From: Thermoplasmata archaeon
GTDB taxonomy: Archaea; Thermoplasmatota; DTKX01; VGTL01
NCBI GenBank assembly: GCA_038851035.1
Contig: JAWCLH010000003.1
Coordinates: 47,511-111,510 of the forward strand
DNA length: 64,000 nucleotides
Direction of reading: 5' to 3'
The translations under genes were made by a program, and so were the position numbers. Under the pieces are notes generated by a model that did no database searches, was not told the origin of the DNA, and saw only the letters and a list, made by a program, of their open reading frames with translations. This document shows positions 9,518-20,500 of the stretch, one piece after another (the first letter of the stretch is position 1; every line of letters starts with the position of its first letter).

Positions 9518-10506
9518 TATTTCTTTTTTAGTTTTGCTCGTAGATCTTTTCTTTTTGTTTTTCTTTTTTTCAAAATTGAAATAATAAAATCAATACTGAT
9601 AGGAATAACTACAAGAATAACAATTGTTATAATTAATCCTCTAACACTAGTTTCTGGAAAAGTCTCAGAGCGATGACCCGTGACCCAAAGTTTGAAAAGA
9701 CCGAACCAAGGCAGTTCTCCTTCTGCTCTACCCACAATCCATTCGAGTTTAACAGGAGCTACTAAAGCTCCGTTCACTCTTAAAGATTCTTGGTCAACTT
9801 TTTGAATATTATGGTCTCCCTTTGTAAGAAAACCACTGTCTTGTTTTTGCGAAAAAATAACATTAAACGATATCGTCAAATCCTCTTTTCTATATCCTTG
9901 ATTTTTTATAGTATAAAATTTAACATTATACACATTAATATCTGGTATATCTCCTCTGATATCGTGAGTAGTCATGCATGAAGCGGTTCTATTGTACTCA
10001 ACCCATGCGATCGCGCGATGAATAACTGGAGTATCAGAGAGTCCGTTTTTTTTATATACTATCACATGACCGAAGTCTCCATAAGTCATAACACCATACT
10101 TAGGTGAAGTTCTACATGTGGCTTCTACATAAGTCACAATATCGTGTCGATTATTGATTTTTTTAACAAGAGTGAGATCCCCGGTATCAATAACGCCTAT
10201 TTGACTGTCATTTCCATGCATCATACTGCTGGATTCTATAACTACCATTGGCGGCCACACACCAGAATACATAAATAAAATGCCTAAAACAGAAAAGACT
10301 ATAATCGCAGATACAATGATATCCCTGACTAAACCATAAAAATATTCTTTATAACGAGATTTAGATTTCTTTTCTATCGTTTTATCTTCATTTAAATTAA
10401 ATAATTTTCTACGTCTTTTCTTGACGCTTTTATCATTTAATTTAGGATTAGAGCAGTGTTTAAGAAAATCATTAGATCCCCTCTTCATGCCTGCCCACTC
10501 CGCCAT
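9514..10506 (-). CDS. Signal peptidase I, archaeal/eukaryal Sec11-type (S26), with a large extra domain and a C-terminal TM
   Basis: N-terminal TM followed by VVIESSSMMHG (SGSMEP-like catalytic Ser box) and GVIDTGDLTLVKK (GDL box); 330 aa; AT-rich codon usage like cdc6. Confidence 0.6.
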   Translation of the reverse strand: MAEWAGMKRGSNDFLKHCSNPKLNDKSVKKRRRKLFNLNEDKTIEKKSKSRYKEYFYGLVRDIIVSAIIVFSVLGILFMYSGVWPPMVVIESSSMMHGNDSQIGVIDTGDLTLVKKINNRHDIVTYVEATCRTSPKYGVMTYGDFGHVIVYKKNGLSDTPVIHRAIAWVEYNRTASCMTTHDIRGDIPDINVYNVKFYTIKNQGYRKEDLTISFNVIFSQKQDSGFLTKGDHNIQKVDQESLRVNGALVAPVKLEWIVGRAEGELPWFGLFKLWVTGHRSETFPETSVRGLIITIVILVVIPISIDFIISILKKRKTKRKDLRAKLKKKY

Positions 10507-10633
10507 TCCTTCTGGACTGTTTTTTTCATCATAGACAGAGACGAGTAAGGAGGATGTTCAATATATATATCTTGGCAAAATATCAAATAAAAAAGGAGTT
10601 TTTACCCATAAGTACCTACTTATAATTTTCAAA

Positions 10634-10654
10634 TTCCATAGGAAATAAAGGGGT
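10634..10654 (+). promoter_or_regulatory. ORB-like origin recognition box (TTCCATAGGAAAT + AAA + GGGGT), inverted relative to the ORB at 8031-8053
   Basis: ttccataggaaataaaggggt in the AT-rich spacer that follows an A/T-rich DUE-like stretch at 10560-10620. Confidence 0.45.
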
Positions 10655-10771
10655 AGGAGGACTTAAAAATAGAAAAACTATTTATAATACTTTAGCTAAA
10701 ATAAGCCAAAAACTATTCTTGACCAAAAATATTATTAAGCAATACTACCATCTTGGCTTTGGTGAGAATGG

Positions 10772-11074
10772 ATGGAGCTAGAGATTGACGCTCCCGTCGT
10801 CCTTGACACCCTCCGTAACCTTTATAAAGGGGCTATTCGGGGGTCGAGAGTTCTTGACGACATTATCCGCGCCCATAAGATAACATATGAGGAGGCGGTT
10901 GAAGTTCTTCATTTTCTATTGAAAAACCAATTAATTCTCAACATAGAAAAAAATAGAATCAATGGGGACGCAGTGTACAAACTAACAAGAAGAGGAGAGG
11001 TAGTCATTGAAGAAAGACTTTCTAGCCTCTACCACTCTAACCCCAAGGCCGGGGGTGTGGGGGGAGTGATATGA
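10772..11074 (+). CDS. Small winged-helix DNA-binding protein
   Basis: 100 aa with a wHTH-like core (ITYEEAVEVLHFLLKNQLI...YKLTRRGE); GC-rich codon usage resumes here. Confidence 0.45.
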   Translation: MELEIDAPVVLDTLRNLYKGAIRGSRVLDDIIRAHKITYEEAVEVLHFLLKNQLILNIEKNRINGDAVYKLTRRGEVVIEERLSSLYHSNPKAGGVGGVI

Positions 11075-11538
11075 GCGCTGAAGAGTCAATTTCAAAGAAC
11101 CCCGAGGTTGCGATGGAGCTCCTGACCGAACTATATTATGGCCCCAAGCGCTCATCCAGACTCGTCAAAATGATCATGCAGAGACTTAAGGTCTCTGAGC
11201 CAACAGTGTATGCCACCCTCCAAGAGCTTGTTGCCAAGGGGGCTCTGGAGAAGCAGGAGAGGAGTCGTCGGAGAGTAATATACCGACTTACGGACGAGGG
11301 CCGGCGTTTAATGGATAAGGAGCATTTCGAAGTTATAAACAGTCTTCTCTCCCGCCTCGGTAATCAGGGGCGTCGTAGGGAAATAATGGTAGAGCTCCTT
11401 ATATTAGATTTGCTCGAGGAGCTGCCAGAGGAGATGAGGCGCAGCATCAAGATGGAGGCTCTTCGAAGCAGTACAGCAATTGAATTCGAGGACATGCGCA
11501 AGCGGCTAGTCAGGATGGCGAGTGCCCTCTTTATCTGA
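11071..11538 (+). CDS. PadR-like winged-helix transcriptional regulator
   Basis: PTVYATLQELVAKGALEKQE...RRVIYRLTDEGRRL is the PadR-type recognition helix/wing; overlaps the upstream stop. Confidence 0.5.
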   Translation: MSAEESISKNPEVAMELLTELYYGPKRSSRLVKMIMQRLKVSEPTVYATLQELVAKGALEKQERSRRRVIYRLTDEGRRLMDKEHFEVINSLLSRLGNQGRRREIMVELLILDLLEELPEEMRRSIKMEALRSSTAIEFEDMRKRLVRMASALFI

Positions 11539-11638
11539 GGGCTAGAGGGGTATAGAAGTGACGGAGAAGGAATGGGCGAACCGACCGGATGGCTGGAACG
11601 CAGGCCCAGATGGAATCGATAAAATAGAGGCGTGAGCG

Positions 11639-14600
11639 TTGGCGGAGATAAAAGGCTCCCGGGAGAGTAGCGCGAGAGATGCAATAGTCGAGGAGATGGA
11701 GCGGAGGCTATCGATTGGGAGGCCCACGCGCTTGGGAGAGGTTTCTAGGTCAGTGCTCGAGGCCATCGTCACTGTCTCGATAATCCCCGCCATTGCGATT
11801 ATCTGTGCGAAGTTGCCGATGCTCCAGGATCTCTGGTATGGCCATTTTGAGATATTCAACACGATGCTTCTGGTGCTCCTGCTCGCCGTGGCGGGAGCCG
11901 GTGCGTTTGTATTGCTATCCAACACGAAGCAGCTCTCGAGCAAGTGGTGGACAAGGTCGCTGGCGCTCGCCGCGGGCGGGGGATTGATAATCGGTCTCTC
12001 CCTACTACCTTCCGCCGGGTTCACCTATTTAAATGCTGTGCCATGGTGGGCACCGGCGATCCTGCTCATCGGCGCGGCCGTGGTCTGGGTGGCGAACTCT
12101 CTCATCAAAGAGAGGCTGGGCTTCTACAGCATCTGGTTCACGGGCCTTATTTTCCTGACCATAGTACCTCTTGAGGAGGCCCTCCTCAAGGGAGTCAGCG
12201 GAACCTACAGGTATGGCTCTTACGAGGGCGCTAGAATGAATATCATATTGGTGGGGCTGATATTTCTCTTCTTCGGGGTGCTTCTGTACGTTCGCGAGCG
12301 AAGGATGATCAAGAGGATAGATACCGAGCTAGCAAGAGGAGACGAGCTTGCCAAAGCGGGGAGGTATGACGAGGCCCTAAAGAGCTACGACAGGGCGATT
12401 CGGGCAGCCCACCTCCTCGCTCCGCCCTCCCATGTCGGGGAGGGCAAGAAAGCGCCCGTCGATGGCTACGAGACCCCCTGGCACGCCAAGGGGTTCGCAT
12501 TCATGAAGATGGGCCGCTACAGCGAAGCTGTCCCCTATCTCGACCTCGCGCTCGACGCCAACCCCGAGAACGAGGCGGTATGGATAAACCGTGGGAACGC
12601 CCTCTCCCGCCTTAAGCAGTTCGATAGCGCGATTCAAAGCTACACCGTGGCCCTGAAGCTCAACCCGAAGAGCGAGGCTGCATACAACAATCTAGGCTGG
12701 GCGCTCTATGCAAAGGATGATGTGGAGGGAGCTATCCGATGCTACGATGCCGCCATCGCCCTGAAGCCAGACTACTCGCAGGCGCTCTACAACAAGGGTT
12801 TGGCTCTCCTCAGGGCAAACAGGCTCGATGAGGCCGTATCAACTCTTGACAAGGCTCTCGCGGTCAAGGAGGCCCCGCTCAGCCCAGCCCAGCAGCTCGC
12901 TGCTAAACACGCCAAGGGCAACGCCCTCTACAGAATGCAGAAGCTGCCCGAGGCTGTCCAGGTCTTCGATGAGGTGCTGAGCCAGGTCCCGGACGTGTCC
13001 GTTTTTCTTCTCAAGGGCAACGCCCTGATGCTCCAGAGGAAATATTCCGAGGCCCTCACCCAGTACGAGAACGCCCTCCGCTATGACCCACGGAACGGCA
13101 GCGCCTGGAACAACCGTGGTAACGCCCTGTTGAACATGGACAAAAAGGAGGAGGCGATATACTGCTTCGACCAGGCAATAAAATTCGACCCCCAGAACGC
13201 AGAGCCTTGGAATAATAAGGGCATCGCGCTGAGCCGGCTGAACCGTCTTCCGGAAGCGCTGAAGTGCTTTGAAAAGGCTCTGGAACTCGACCCCCGGCAC
13301 CTTGATGCGATGTTGAACAAGGGCAATACCCTCTCGAAGCTTGGAAAGCACACCGAGGCCATAAAGTGCTTCGACCAGCTCCTCGCCCACGACCCAAACA
13401 ACGTGATAGCCCTGAATAACAAAGCCAACGCCTTGGCGCGCATGGGCAAGACTGAAGAGGCCCTCCAGGCTTACGACAGGGCGACAGCGCTCGCGCCGAA
13501 CTTCGAGCTCGCGCAGGTGAACAAGGGGAACACATTGATGGCCGTCGAGCGCTATGAGGAGGCCAAGAGGTGCTTCGAAAAGGCCCTGGAACTAAATCCG
13601 AAGAACGCCCACGCATGGTTCAGTCGTGGGAGCATACTGCAGAAGCTCAAAGCGTCTCCAGAAGAGGCTCTGAAAAACATAGACGCAGCCCTATCCCTCG
13701 ACCCGAAACATGTAGAAGCTTGGAACACCAGGGGCGATATACTACTTGAGGCGAAGAGGTTCGATGAGGCGATTCAGTGCTACGATACCGTCCTGAAGCT
13801 CCAGCCGGACAACGTCTCGGCCTGGTACCACAGGGGCAGTGCCCTCTCGCAGAAGGGGAACCACGCAGAGGCCATAGCCGCCCTTGACAAAGCCACCGAT
13901 CTGGACGAGGACTACATCGATGCCTGGAACCTAAAGGGGCATATCTGGCACACGCTGGGCGAGATGGAGAAGGCAATATTCAACTTCGACAAGGTTACCG
14001 AGCTAGACCCGGGACACGTCGAGGCCTGGGACAACAAGGGCGTTGCGTACTACTCAATGGGCAGAATTCACGACGCTATCAAGTGCTTCGAGAAGTGTGT
14101 GGCCATAGATCCCAGGTACGAGAAGGGCTGGTACAATATGGCTTCGGCCTACAGCTCGCAGGGCAAAGTCGAGGAGGCCCTGAAGTGCTATGAAAAGGCG
14201 ATTGAAATCAAGCCGGACTATGGGAAAGCCTGGAACAACATGGGCAACCTTCTTTATTCTATAGACAGGCTTGACGAGGCCCTCCGGTGCTTCGATCGCG
14301 CTCTCACCATCGACTCAACCTACGAGAAGGCCTGGAATAACAAAGGCAACATCCTGCTCACAAAAGGGCAGACGGAGGAGGCTCTGGCCTGCTTCAACCG
14401 CGCCCTAGAGCTCGACCCGAAGTACGTGAAGGCGTGGAACAACAAGGGGAGCGCCCTATTCAATTTGGGGAGAGTAGAGGAGTCGTTGGAGTGCTTTAGA
14501 GAGGCCTTGAAGCTGAAAAAGGACTACGACAAGGCTTGGTACAACGCCGGCGCGGCGCTGCACAAGATGGGCAAGTCGGAGGAGGCCATAGCCTGCTTCG

Positions 14601-17443
14601 ACAAGGCGATAGAGCTGAGGCCGAAGTACGACGAGGCATGGTACAACAAAGGCGCCGCCCTCTTCAAGCTCGGCCGGGTGAAGGAGGCGGTAGAGTGCTT
14701 TGAAGAAACGCTCAAGCTCAACCCTAGATTTGACGAGGCCTGGTACAATCTAGGCAATGCGAAGTACTATCTGGGCAGCACCCTGGAGGCCCTGAAGGCG
14801 CTCGACCGGGCGCTCGAGATAAACCCCGAGTATCAGGAAGCCATCCGAATTCGGACCGAGTGCCTCGAGACTTTGGAGAAGGCAGGAAGGATGTACGAGT
14901 ACTGGAGGGAGAAGGGCAACATTCTCGCGGAGGCGGGAAAGGACACGGAGGCCCTCACCTGTTACAACAAGGCTCTGGACCTAAAGAAGGACGACGACAG
15001 GACCTGGTTCTTCAAGGGGAAGCTGCAGGCTAAAATGGGGAGGCACGAGCAGGCCGTGCAGTCATTTGACAAGGTGCTGGCGATAAAACCTGACGACAGA
15101 GAGGCCTGGTACGGGAAGGCGGAGTCTCTGGTGGCCTCGGGAAGGGTGGCGGAGGCGATCATTTGCTACGACAAAGTGATCGAGCTCGACCCCCAGAACG
15201 AGCAGGCCTGGCTGAACAAAGGAATGGCGCTCATCAAGCTGGGCCGAATAGAAGACGGGATGCAGTGCTTCCAAAAGATGATCGAGCTCACGCCCGAGGA
15301 CCACCTGGGCTGGCACTACATGGGCCTCGGCCTTGCTGCGACGGGCAGAAAGGCAGACGCAGTCACCTACTTTTCCAGAGCGCTAGATCTGAACCCCAGC
15401 GCGCTCGACACGTGGTTCCAGAAGGGCCTAGCGCTCCGGGACCTAGGAAAAACTGACGAAGCGATCGCGGCTCTGAACAAGGTCGTTGAGCTGAAGCCTG
15501 AGCATTCCGAGGGCTGGACCGCTCTCGGCGAGCTGTTGATGAAAGCGGAGAAGTGGGAGGGTGCGAGCAAAGCCTTCGAGAAGGCGATCACTGCAAACGA
15601 GATGAACCCGCGGGCCTGGTTCGGAAAGGGAATGGTCCAGCTCAATCACGGCAACGCGCAGGCCGCTAGTGAGGCTCTTCAGAGGGCGCTAGAGCTGAAG
15701 CCGGACTTCGGCGAGGCCTGGAGCGGCATGGGGATGGCATACCTAAAGAGCGGGAACGCGGGGTCGGCGCTGGAGTGCTTCGAGAAGGCGGTGAAGCTTG
15801 CGCCGGGCTACGCGGAGGGCTGGTCCGGCTACGGCAGCGCGCTCTTTGCGCTAGGCCGCCTGGACGAGGCTATCAAGGCCTTTGACACCGCCATATCCAT
15901 CAACCCGAACTTCGAGAAGGCCTGGGCCAACAAGGCGACGGCATTGGTCAAAGCCGGCAAGGCTCCGATGGCTTTAATAGCACTTGACAAGGCGACTGAG
16001 ATAAAGCCGGATTATGAGAAGGCCTGGGCGGACAAGGGCAATGTGCTCCTTTCTCTGGGAAGAACGGAGGACGCCTTGGCGGCCTTCAACCGGGCGCTGA
16101 CGCTCAACCCCCGCAGCGACAAGACCTGGCTAGCGGTCGGTCAGGCCCTCCAGACTATGGGCAAGCACAAGGAGGCGGTGGCGGCCCTCGATAAGGCTAT
16201 AGGAATCAAGCCGGAGAGCGAACGAGCGTGGCTCGAGAAGGGGAACGCCCTCCAGGCGATGGGGAACCACGACGCTGCCATTCAGGCCTACAATCGAGCG
16301 CTGGAGCTGAAGCCTGACAACGCAAAGGCTTGGCTGGGGCGGGGCCTTGCCTACGCCGACCTTACGGAGTACGGGGACGCGCTCAAGAGCCTCGAGAAGG
16401 CCCTCGAGCTGAAGCCTGAGGACGACAGGGTCTGGATGGAGAGAGGAAAAGTTCTGATGGCGATGGAGCGGTATGATGAGGCCGCGACGAGCCTTGCGAA
16501 GGCAATAGAGCTGAACAGAGCAAACGCTCAGGCCTGGTTCCTGAGCGCAACGCTGCTGGCGAAGCAGGGAATGGCCGAGGATGCGATCGCCGCGCTCAAT
16601 CAGGCGCTCGAGGCTGACCCCGCCCATGCCGATGCGCTCCTGGAAAAGGCGAAGCTCGCGATGCAGCTCCGTAGGGGAGACGAGGCTCTGAAGGCCCTGT
16701 ACAGGTTCGTGGAGGTGAGGAAGGAGAGCGCCGAGGGCTGGCTTCTTCTGGGCGCAGCGCTCTACGAGAATGGGCAGAGGGAGGAGGCGCTGGGGGCGCT
16801 GGACAGGGTGGTCCAACTAGACACAAGCCATGCCCGCGCTTGGGCGCTACGTGGCAAGATACTACAGGAACTCGAGAGGAGCGAAGAGGCCCTGAAGTCC
16901 TTCGAGAGGGCTGCGGAGCTCGAGCCAGACATGGAGGAGGCATGGCTCGGCATGGCCGACATACAAACTCGGGCTGGAAAGGCTGAGGAGGCGGTCCGGA
17001 CGCTGAAGAAGGCGCTGGACAGGAACCCGAAGAGCGAAAGGGCATGGCTGGCGACCGCGGTGGCACTGAGGAAGCTGGGTCGTGTGAAGGACGCGATGAA
17101 GTGCGTAGAGCGGGTTCTCAAAATAAATCCGCGCAACGAGAGGGCTATAGAAATGAGGGAGCTGCTCGAGAGCGAGGAGGAGGAGGCTGGCGGGGCGGGG
17201 CCCGAGGCAGCTCCCACGGTGCCCGAGCCTGCGCCCACTACAAGCAAGGAGGGCCGCGAGAGGAGCGGCCCCGCGGCCCCAGAGCCATCAGGGCCTGTGG
17301 CTGCGGGGGAGGCCCAAAGGCGTGAGGGAACAGGAGCCTCGTCGCCATCGGCTGGACCTGGAGCCGTTCAGGCCGCCCCCGGCCCGCGCGGGGCCGATGT
17401 GAGAGACGATTTCGAGAGCATCGAGACTGTGGAGATGGAGTGA
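11639..17443 (+). CDS. Giant membrane-anchored TPR protein (N-terminal ~6 TM helices, ~45 TPR units, Glu/Pro/Ala-rich low-complexity C-tail), 1934 aa
   Basis: N-terminal hydrophobic helices (IIPAIAIICAKL, LLVLLLAVAGAGAFVLL, LIIGLSLLP, ILLIGAAVVWV, IFLTIVPL, IILVGLIFLFFGVLLYV). These are followed by an uninterrupted series of 34-aa W-x2-G-x2-L / A-x3-Y / A-x6-P TPR repeats. Confidence 0.85.
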   Translation: MAEIKGSRESSARDAIVEEMERRLSIGRPTRLGEVSRSVLEAIVTVSIIPAIAIICAKLPMLQDLWYGHFEIFNTMLLVLLLAVAGAGAFVLLSNTKQLSSKWWTRSLALAAGGGLIIGLSLLPSAGFTYLNAVPWWAPAILLIGAAVVWVANSLIKERLGFYSIWFTGLIFLTIVPLEEALLKGVSGTYRYGSYEGARMNIILVGLIFLFFGVLLYVRERRMIKRIDTELARGDELAKAGRYDEALKSYDRAIRAAHLLAPPSHVGEGKKAPVDGYETPWHAKGFAFMKMGRYSEAVPYLDLALDANPENEAVWINRGNALSRLKQFDSAIQSYTVALKLNPKSEAAYNNLGWALYAKDDVEGAIRCYDAAIALKPDYSQALYNKGLALLRANRLDEAVSTLDKALAVKEAPLSPAQQLAAKHAKGNALYRMQKLPEAVQVFDEVLSQVPDVSVFLLKGNALMLQRKYSEALTQYENALRYDPRNGSAWNNRGNALLNMDKKEEAIYCFDQAIKFDPQNAEPWNNKGIALSRLNRLPEALKCFEKALELDPRHLDAMLNKGNTLSKLGKHTEAIKCFDQLLAHDPNNVIALNNKANALARMGKTEEALQAYDRATALAPNFELAQVNKGNTLMAVERYEEAKRCFEKALELNPKNAHAWFSRGSILQKLKASPEEALKNIDAALSLDPKHVEAWNTRGDILLEAKRFDEAIQCYDTVLKLQPDNVSAWYHRGSALSQKGNHAEAIAALDKATDLDEDYIDAWNLKGHIWHTLGEMEKAIFNFDKVTELDPGHVEAWDNKGVAYYSMGRIHDAIKCFEKCVAIDPRYEKGWYNMASAYSSQGKVEEALKCYEKAIEIKPDYGKAWNNMGNLLYSIDRLDEALRCFDRALTIDSTYEKAWNNKGNILLTKGQTEEALACFNRALELDPKYVKAWNNKGSALFNLGRVEESLECFREALKLKKDYDKAWYNAGAALHKMGKSEEAIACFDKAIELRPKYDEAWYNKGAALFKLGRVKEAVECFEETLKLNPRFDEAWYNLGNAKYYLGSTLEALKALDRALEINPEYQEAIRIRTECLETLEKAGRMYEYWREKGNILAEAGKDTEALTCYNKALDLKKDDDRTWFFKGKLQAKMGRHEQAVQSFDKVLAIKPDDREAWYGKAESLVASGRVAEAIICYDKVIELDPQNEQAWLNKGMALIKLGRIEDGMQCFQKMIELTPEDHLGWHYMGLGLAATGRKADAVTYFSRALDLNPSALDTWFQKGLALRDLGKTDEAIAALNKVVELKPEHSEGWTALGELLMKAEKWEGASKAFEKAITANEMNPRAWFGKGMVQLNHGNAQAASEALQRALELKPDFGEAWSGMGMAYLKSGNAGSALECFEKAVKLAPGYAEGWSGYGSALFALGRLDEAIKAFDTAISINPNFEKAWANKATALVKAGKAPMALIALDKATEIKPDYEKAWADKGNVLLSLGRTEDALAAFNRALTLNPRSDKTWLAVGQALQTMGKHKEAVAALDKAIGIKPESERAWLEKGNALQAMGNHDAAIQAYNRALELKPDNAKAWLGRGLAYADLTEYGDALKSLEKALELKPEDDRVWMERGKVLMAMERYDEAATSLAKAIELNRANAQAWFLSATLLAKQGMAEDAIAALNQALEADPAHADALLEKAKLAMQLRRGDEALKALYRFVEVRKESAEGWLLLGAALYENGQREEALGALDRVVQLDTSHARAWALRGKILQELERSEEALKSFERAAELEPDMEEAWLGMADIQTRAGKAEEAVRTLKKALDRNPKSERAWLATAVALRKLGRVKDAMKCVERVLKINPRNERAIEMRELLESEEEEAGGAGPEAAPTVPEPAPTTSKEGRERSGPAAPEPSGPVAAGEAQRREGTGASSPSAGPGAVQAAPGPRGADVRDDFESIETVEME

Positions 17444-17570
17444 GGATGTGCGCTGAAAGACCGGATGTGGGCGAAGAGGGGGAAGCCGGAGGCCCCCGGG
17501 GAACCGAAGGCTTTAAAGCCCACACAGCGGTAATGGCGAATTCCCCACTAGGAACAATGGGGGAGCGCAG

Positions 17571-20500
17571 GTGAGAGGGAGACTAGTAAGGTGGTGGACA
17601 CTCGGGCTCATGCCAGTTCTGCAGGCCCAGCCCCCGGACTTTGATGGAGAGGAGCCGCCGCCCCAGAGAAGGGAGCAACCTCCTCCGGAGGGACATGACG
17701 ATTTCGAGGAGGTGCCGCCCCCTCCCCCCGGCGGGCCGGCTGAGAAGGCAACCTCTCCCCCATCTGGACCGGTACCGGCGCCCGCGGGGCCTGCAGAATT
17801 CGAGGAGGCTCCACCGCCGGCCCCCGGCCAGTCCGGAGCCCCAGCCCCGGAGAGTCCTGAAGAGTTACCGCCCTCTCCTCCTCCGCCCCAGCCGGCCGCG
17901 CCCGGGGAACCTGTGGAGTTCGAGGAAGCGCCTTCACGTCCCCCAGCGCCCGAAGCGTCCATGGAGTTCACGGAGGCTCCGGGTCCCGGTCCCTCGAGAG
18001 AAGCTCCACCACCCGAGGAGTTCGAGGAGGCCCCGGCCCCCGGACCTCCCGAGCAACCCGCAGTCCCTCCGCCGGAAGCTCCCTCCCCGGCAGTCACCCC
18101 CAGGGGCCCCGAGGAGGCTCTACCGGGCGAGCCGGAGGTATTCGAAGTGAAGGCCGAGGAGGCGCCGCCGGTTTCGCTCAGGACCGCCCCGCCGGCCGAG
18201 GCCGAGGCCCCCGAGACCAGACCGGCCGCCCGGAGGAGGGCGGGCATGGTCAATGGCCGGGGGCTCGTCAACGCCCGCGGGAGGGCCAACGGCCTCGTCA
18301 ATGGTCGGGGGCTGGTCAACGCGAGGGGCAGGACAAACGGCCTTGTCAATGGCCGTGGATTGGTCAATGCGCGCGGAGCGACGAACGGCCTCGTCAACGG
18401 CCGCAGGAGGGGGCTGGTCAACGGCGCGAGCCTCGTCAACGGCCGGAGGCGGAGGGGTCTGGTAAACGGTGGCGGCCTGATAAACGGTGAGGGTGTTATC
18501 AACGGCCGGGGGCTGGTCAACGGCAAGGGCCTGATAAACGGCCGCGGTCTGACCAACGGAAGGCAGCTCGTTGCGGCGGAGACCGTGCCCAGCCGCCCCA
18601 GGCCGCGGAAGAGGCTGATGATGGCCGCTCTCGCGGTCGCCATCGCCCTCCTGATAATCATCCCGATATTTTATATAGTGCAGGTGGAGAAGGGCATAGC
18701 GATAGACGGCATCTTCGCCGACTGGAGCGGCGTGAGCAACAAGTACAACGACGGCGGCGCCTCGCCCGTGCCATCGACGGACAACAATGTCGACATCGAC
18801 ATGTTCGGAGCGAGCGCGAGCGATACCGACCTATCCTTCTATCTGAAGGTCGCGGGACAGGTGCTGAAGGGCGCGGGCAACGGGGTTGATACACTTACTA
18901 TTTTCATAGACAAAGACCACGACGGTAACGGCTATCTGGTCAATAGCCCCGGAGGGGTCATCCACGCTGACCTGAAGCTCGAGGTCTTCGGCTGGGACGG
19001 ACTCGTCAAGTCCGCCTCATATTCGAAATTCGAGGGAGCCAACCCGAACGACTACTCCGGCTGGAAGAGCCTCGGGGCGGCGAGGGCAGCGGTCTCCGGG
19101 AGCGAGCTCGAGGCGCAGGTCTGGTTCAGGGATACGGGTATGTCCCGGAACTCCGAGGTCAGCATCCTGTTCTACCTGCGCGACTCGAACGGCGAGGAGG
19201 ACTACTCCGACTTTACGATAGGAATGAGCACCGGCGTCCTTAGCGTCAGGCAGAGGGAGCCGAGCCTTGGGGGTGGAGGAGGGAGCCTTGTTCTCGACCT
19301 GACCGCGCACGCCCGTACAATCAATGTGACATCGATAACGGTCACGCGTTTCGGGAGCGGGGGAGGGGGGATGCTCCAGCTCAGCGGGCCCGGAGGGCTT
19401 GAGAGGACGGCCTCATTCGCGGGCACGGGGAGCCTGACAGGCTTCGTCCTGACGGTCGAGAGAGACCGGACGGTCTCGGTCACGCTCTACGCGAGCGGTA
19501 TGAGCGGCGTATTTGGAATGGGCCTGGCATCGCCCACGGCGGTCACGGCCAGCACGAACGGCCGCACCGTCCACGTGTCGGTCTCGGGCTACTCAACGGC
19601 GCTCGTCAATCTCGCCGGTGGTGTGCCCGGAGGAATTATCATAGACGGGGCCTTCGAGGACTGGGACGCCACCCGCGGGAGCGCCGGGTACCGCTCCCGG
19701 CTGGACAGGAGCGACGATGTACAGCAGTCCGGGAGGGTCGGGACGCCGGGGCTCATTGACAGGGGCGGGCTGGCCTATTACCCAAACGACAACATCAACC
19801 TGCAGGAGGTGGCCGAGTACGACTCCGGAGGCGGGCCCCTCTATTTCTATGCCAGAGTCGCCGGGAAGGCGATGGCGGGCCAGCCGGTTCCGGCGACGAG
19901 GCGCGGGACGCCGGGGCCCTCCGGACCTCCATCTCCACCGAAGGAGCTGAAGCTCGTGGGCTCGGACGCTTTTTACGTTCTGATAGATGACGATGGCAAC
20001 AAAAACACCGGCTACCCGCTCTACACGGAGGACGGGGACCTCCTGATCGGAGCGAGGTACTGCGCCGTGGCGATAGGGAAGAACGGAGTGGTGCTAGAGG
20101 TCAGGACCTTCGTGTACGACGGCGGCTGGCGCGAGGGGGGCTTCTCAGCCACCGCGGCCTCGGGGGGGAAGAGGATAGAGCTCTCCGCGTCGGGCATCGC
20201 GGCCCTCGTGGCCCACAGGACCATCATAATAGCGGAGGACTGGACCTGCAACGCCGACCGGAGCGACGCGCCGCTCGTCGGCGCCGGGAGGAGCGGGGGA
20301 GAGCCGACGCTCATAGTCAACGAGGTGGATATTGCGAAGCACGTGATAAGAATCGGCTCCTCGAACAACCCGCTCTTCAGAATCGAGCTGGAGGCGCTCA
20401 ACGGAGAGGTCGAGGTCAGCGGAATCGAGCTCCAGAGGGACGGAACCGCCCCGGATGAGGATATCTGCCTCGTTCGCCTGATGCAGGACGCCGACGGCGA

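Noticed and set aside
17641-18150. 169-aa Arg/Pro-rich alternative-frame ORF inside the 17571 gene
   Set aside because: Frame shadow of the Pro/Glu-rich repeat region; the EFEEAP frame is continuous with the rest of the 1247-aa protein
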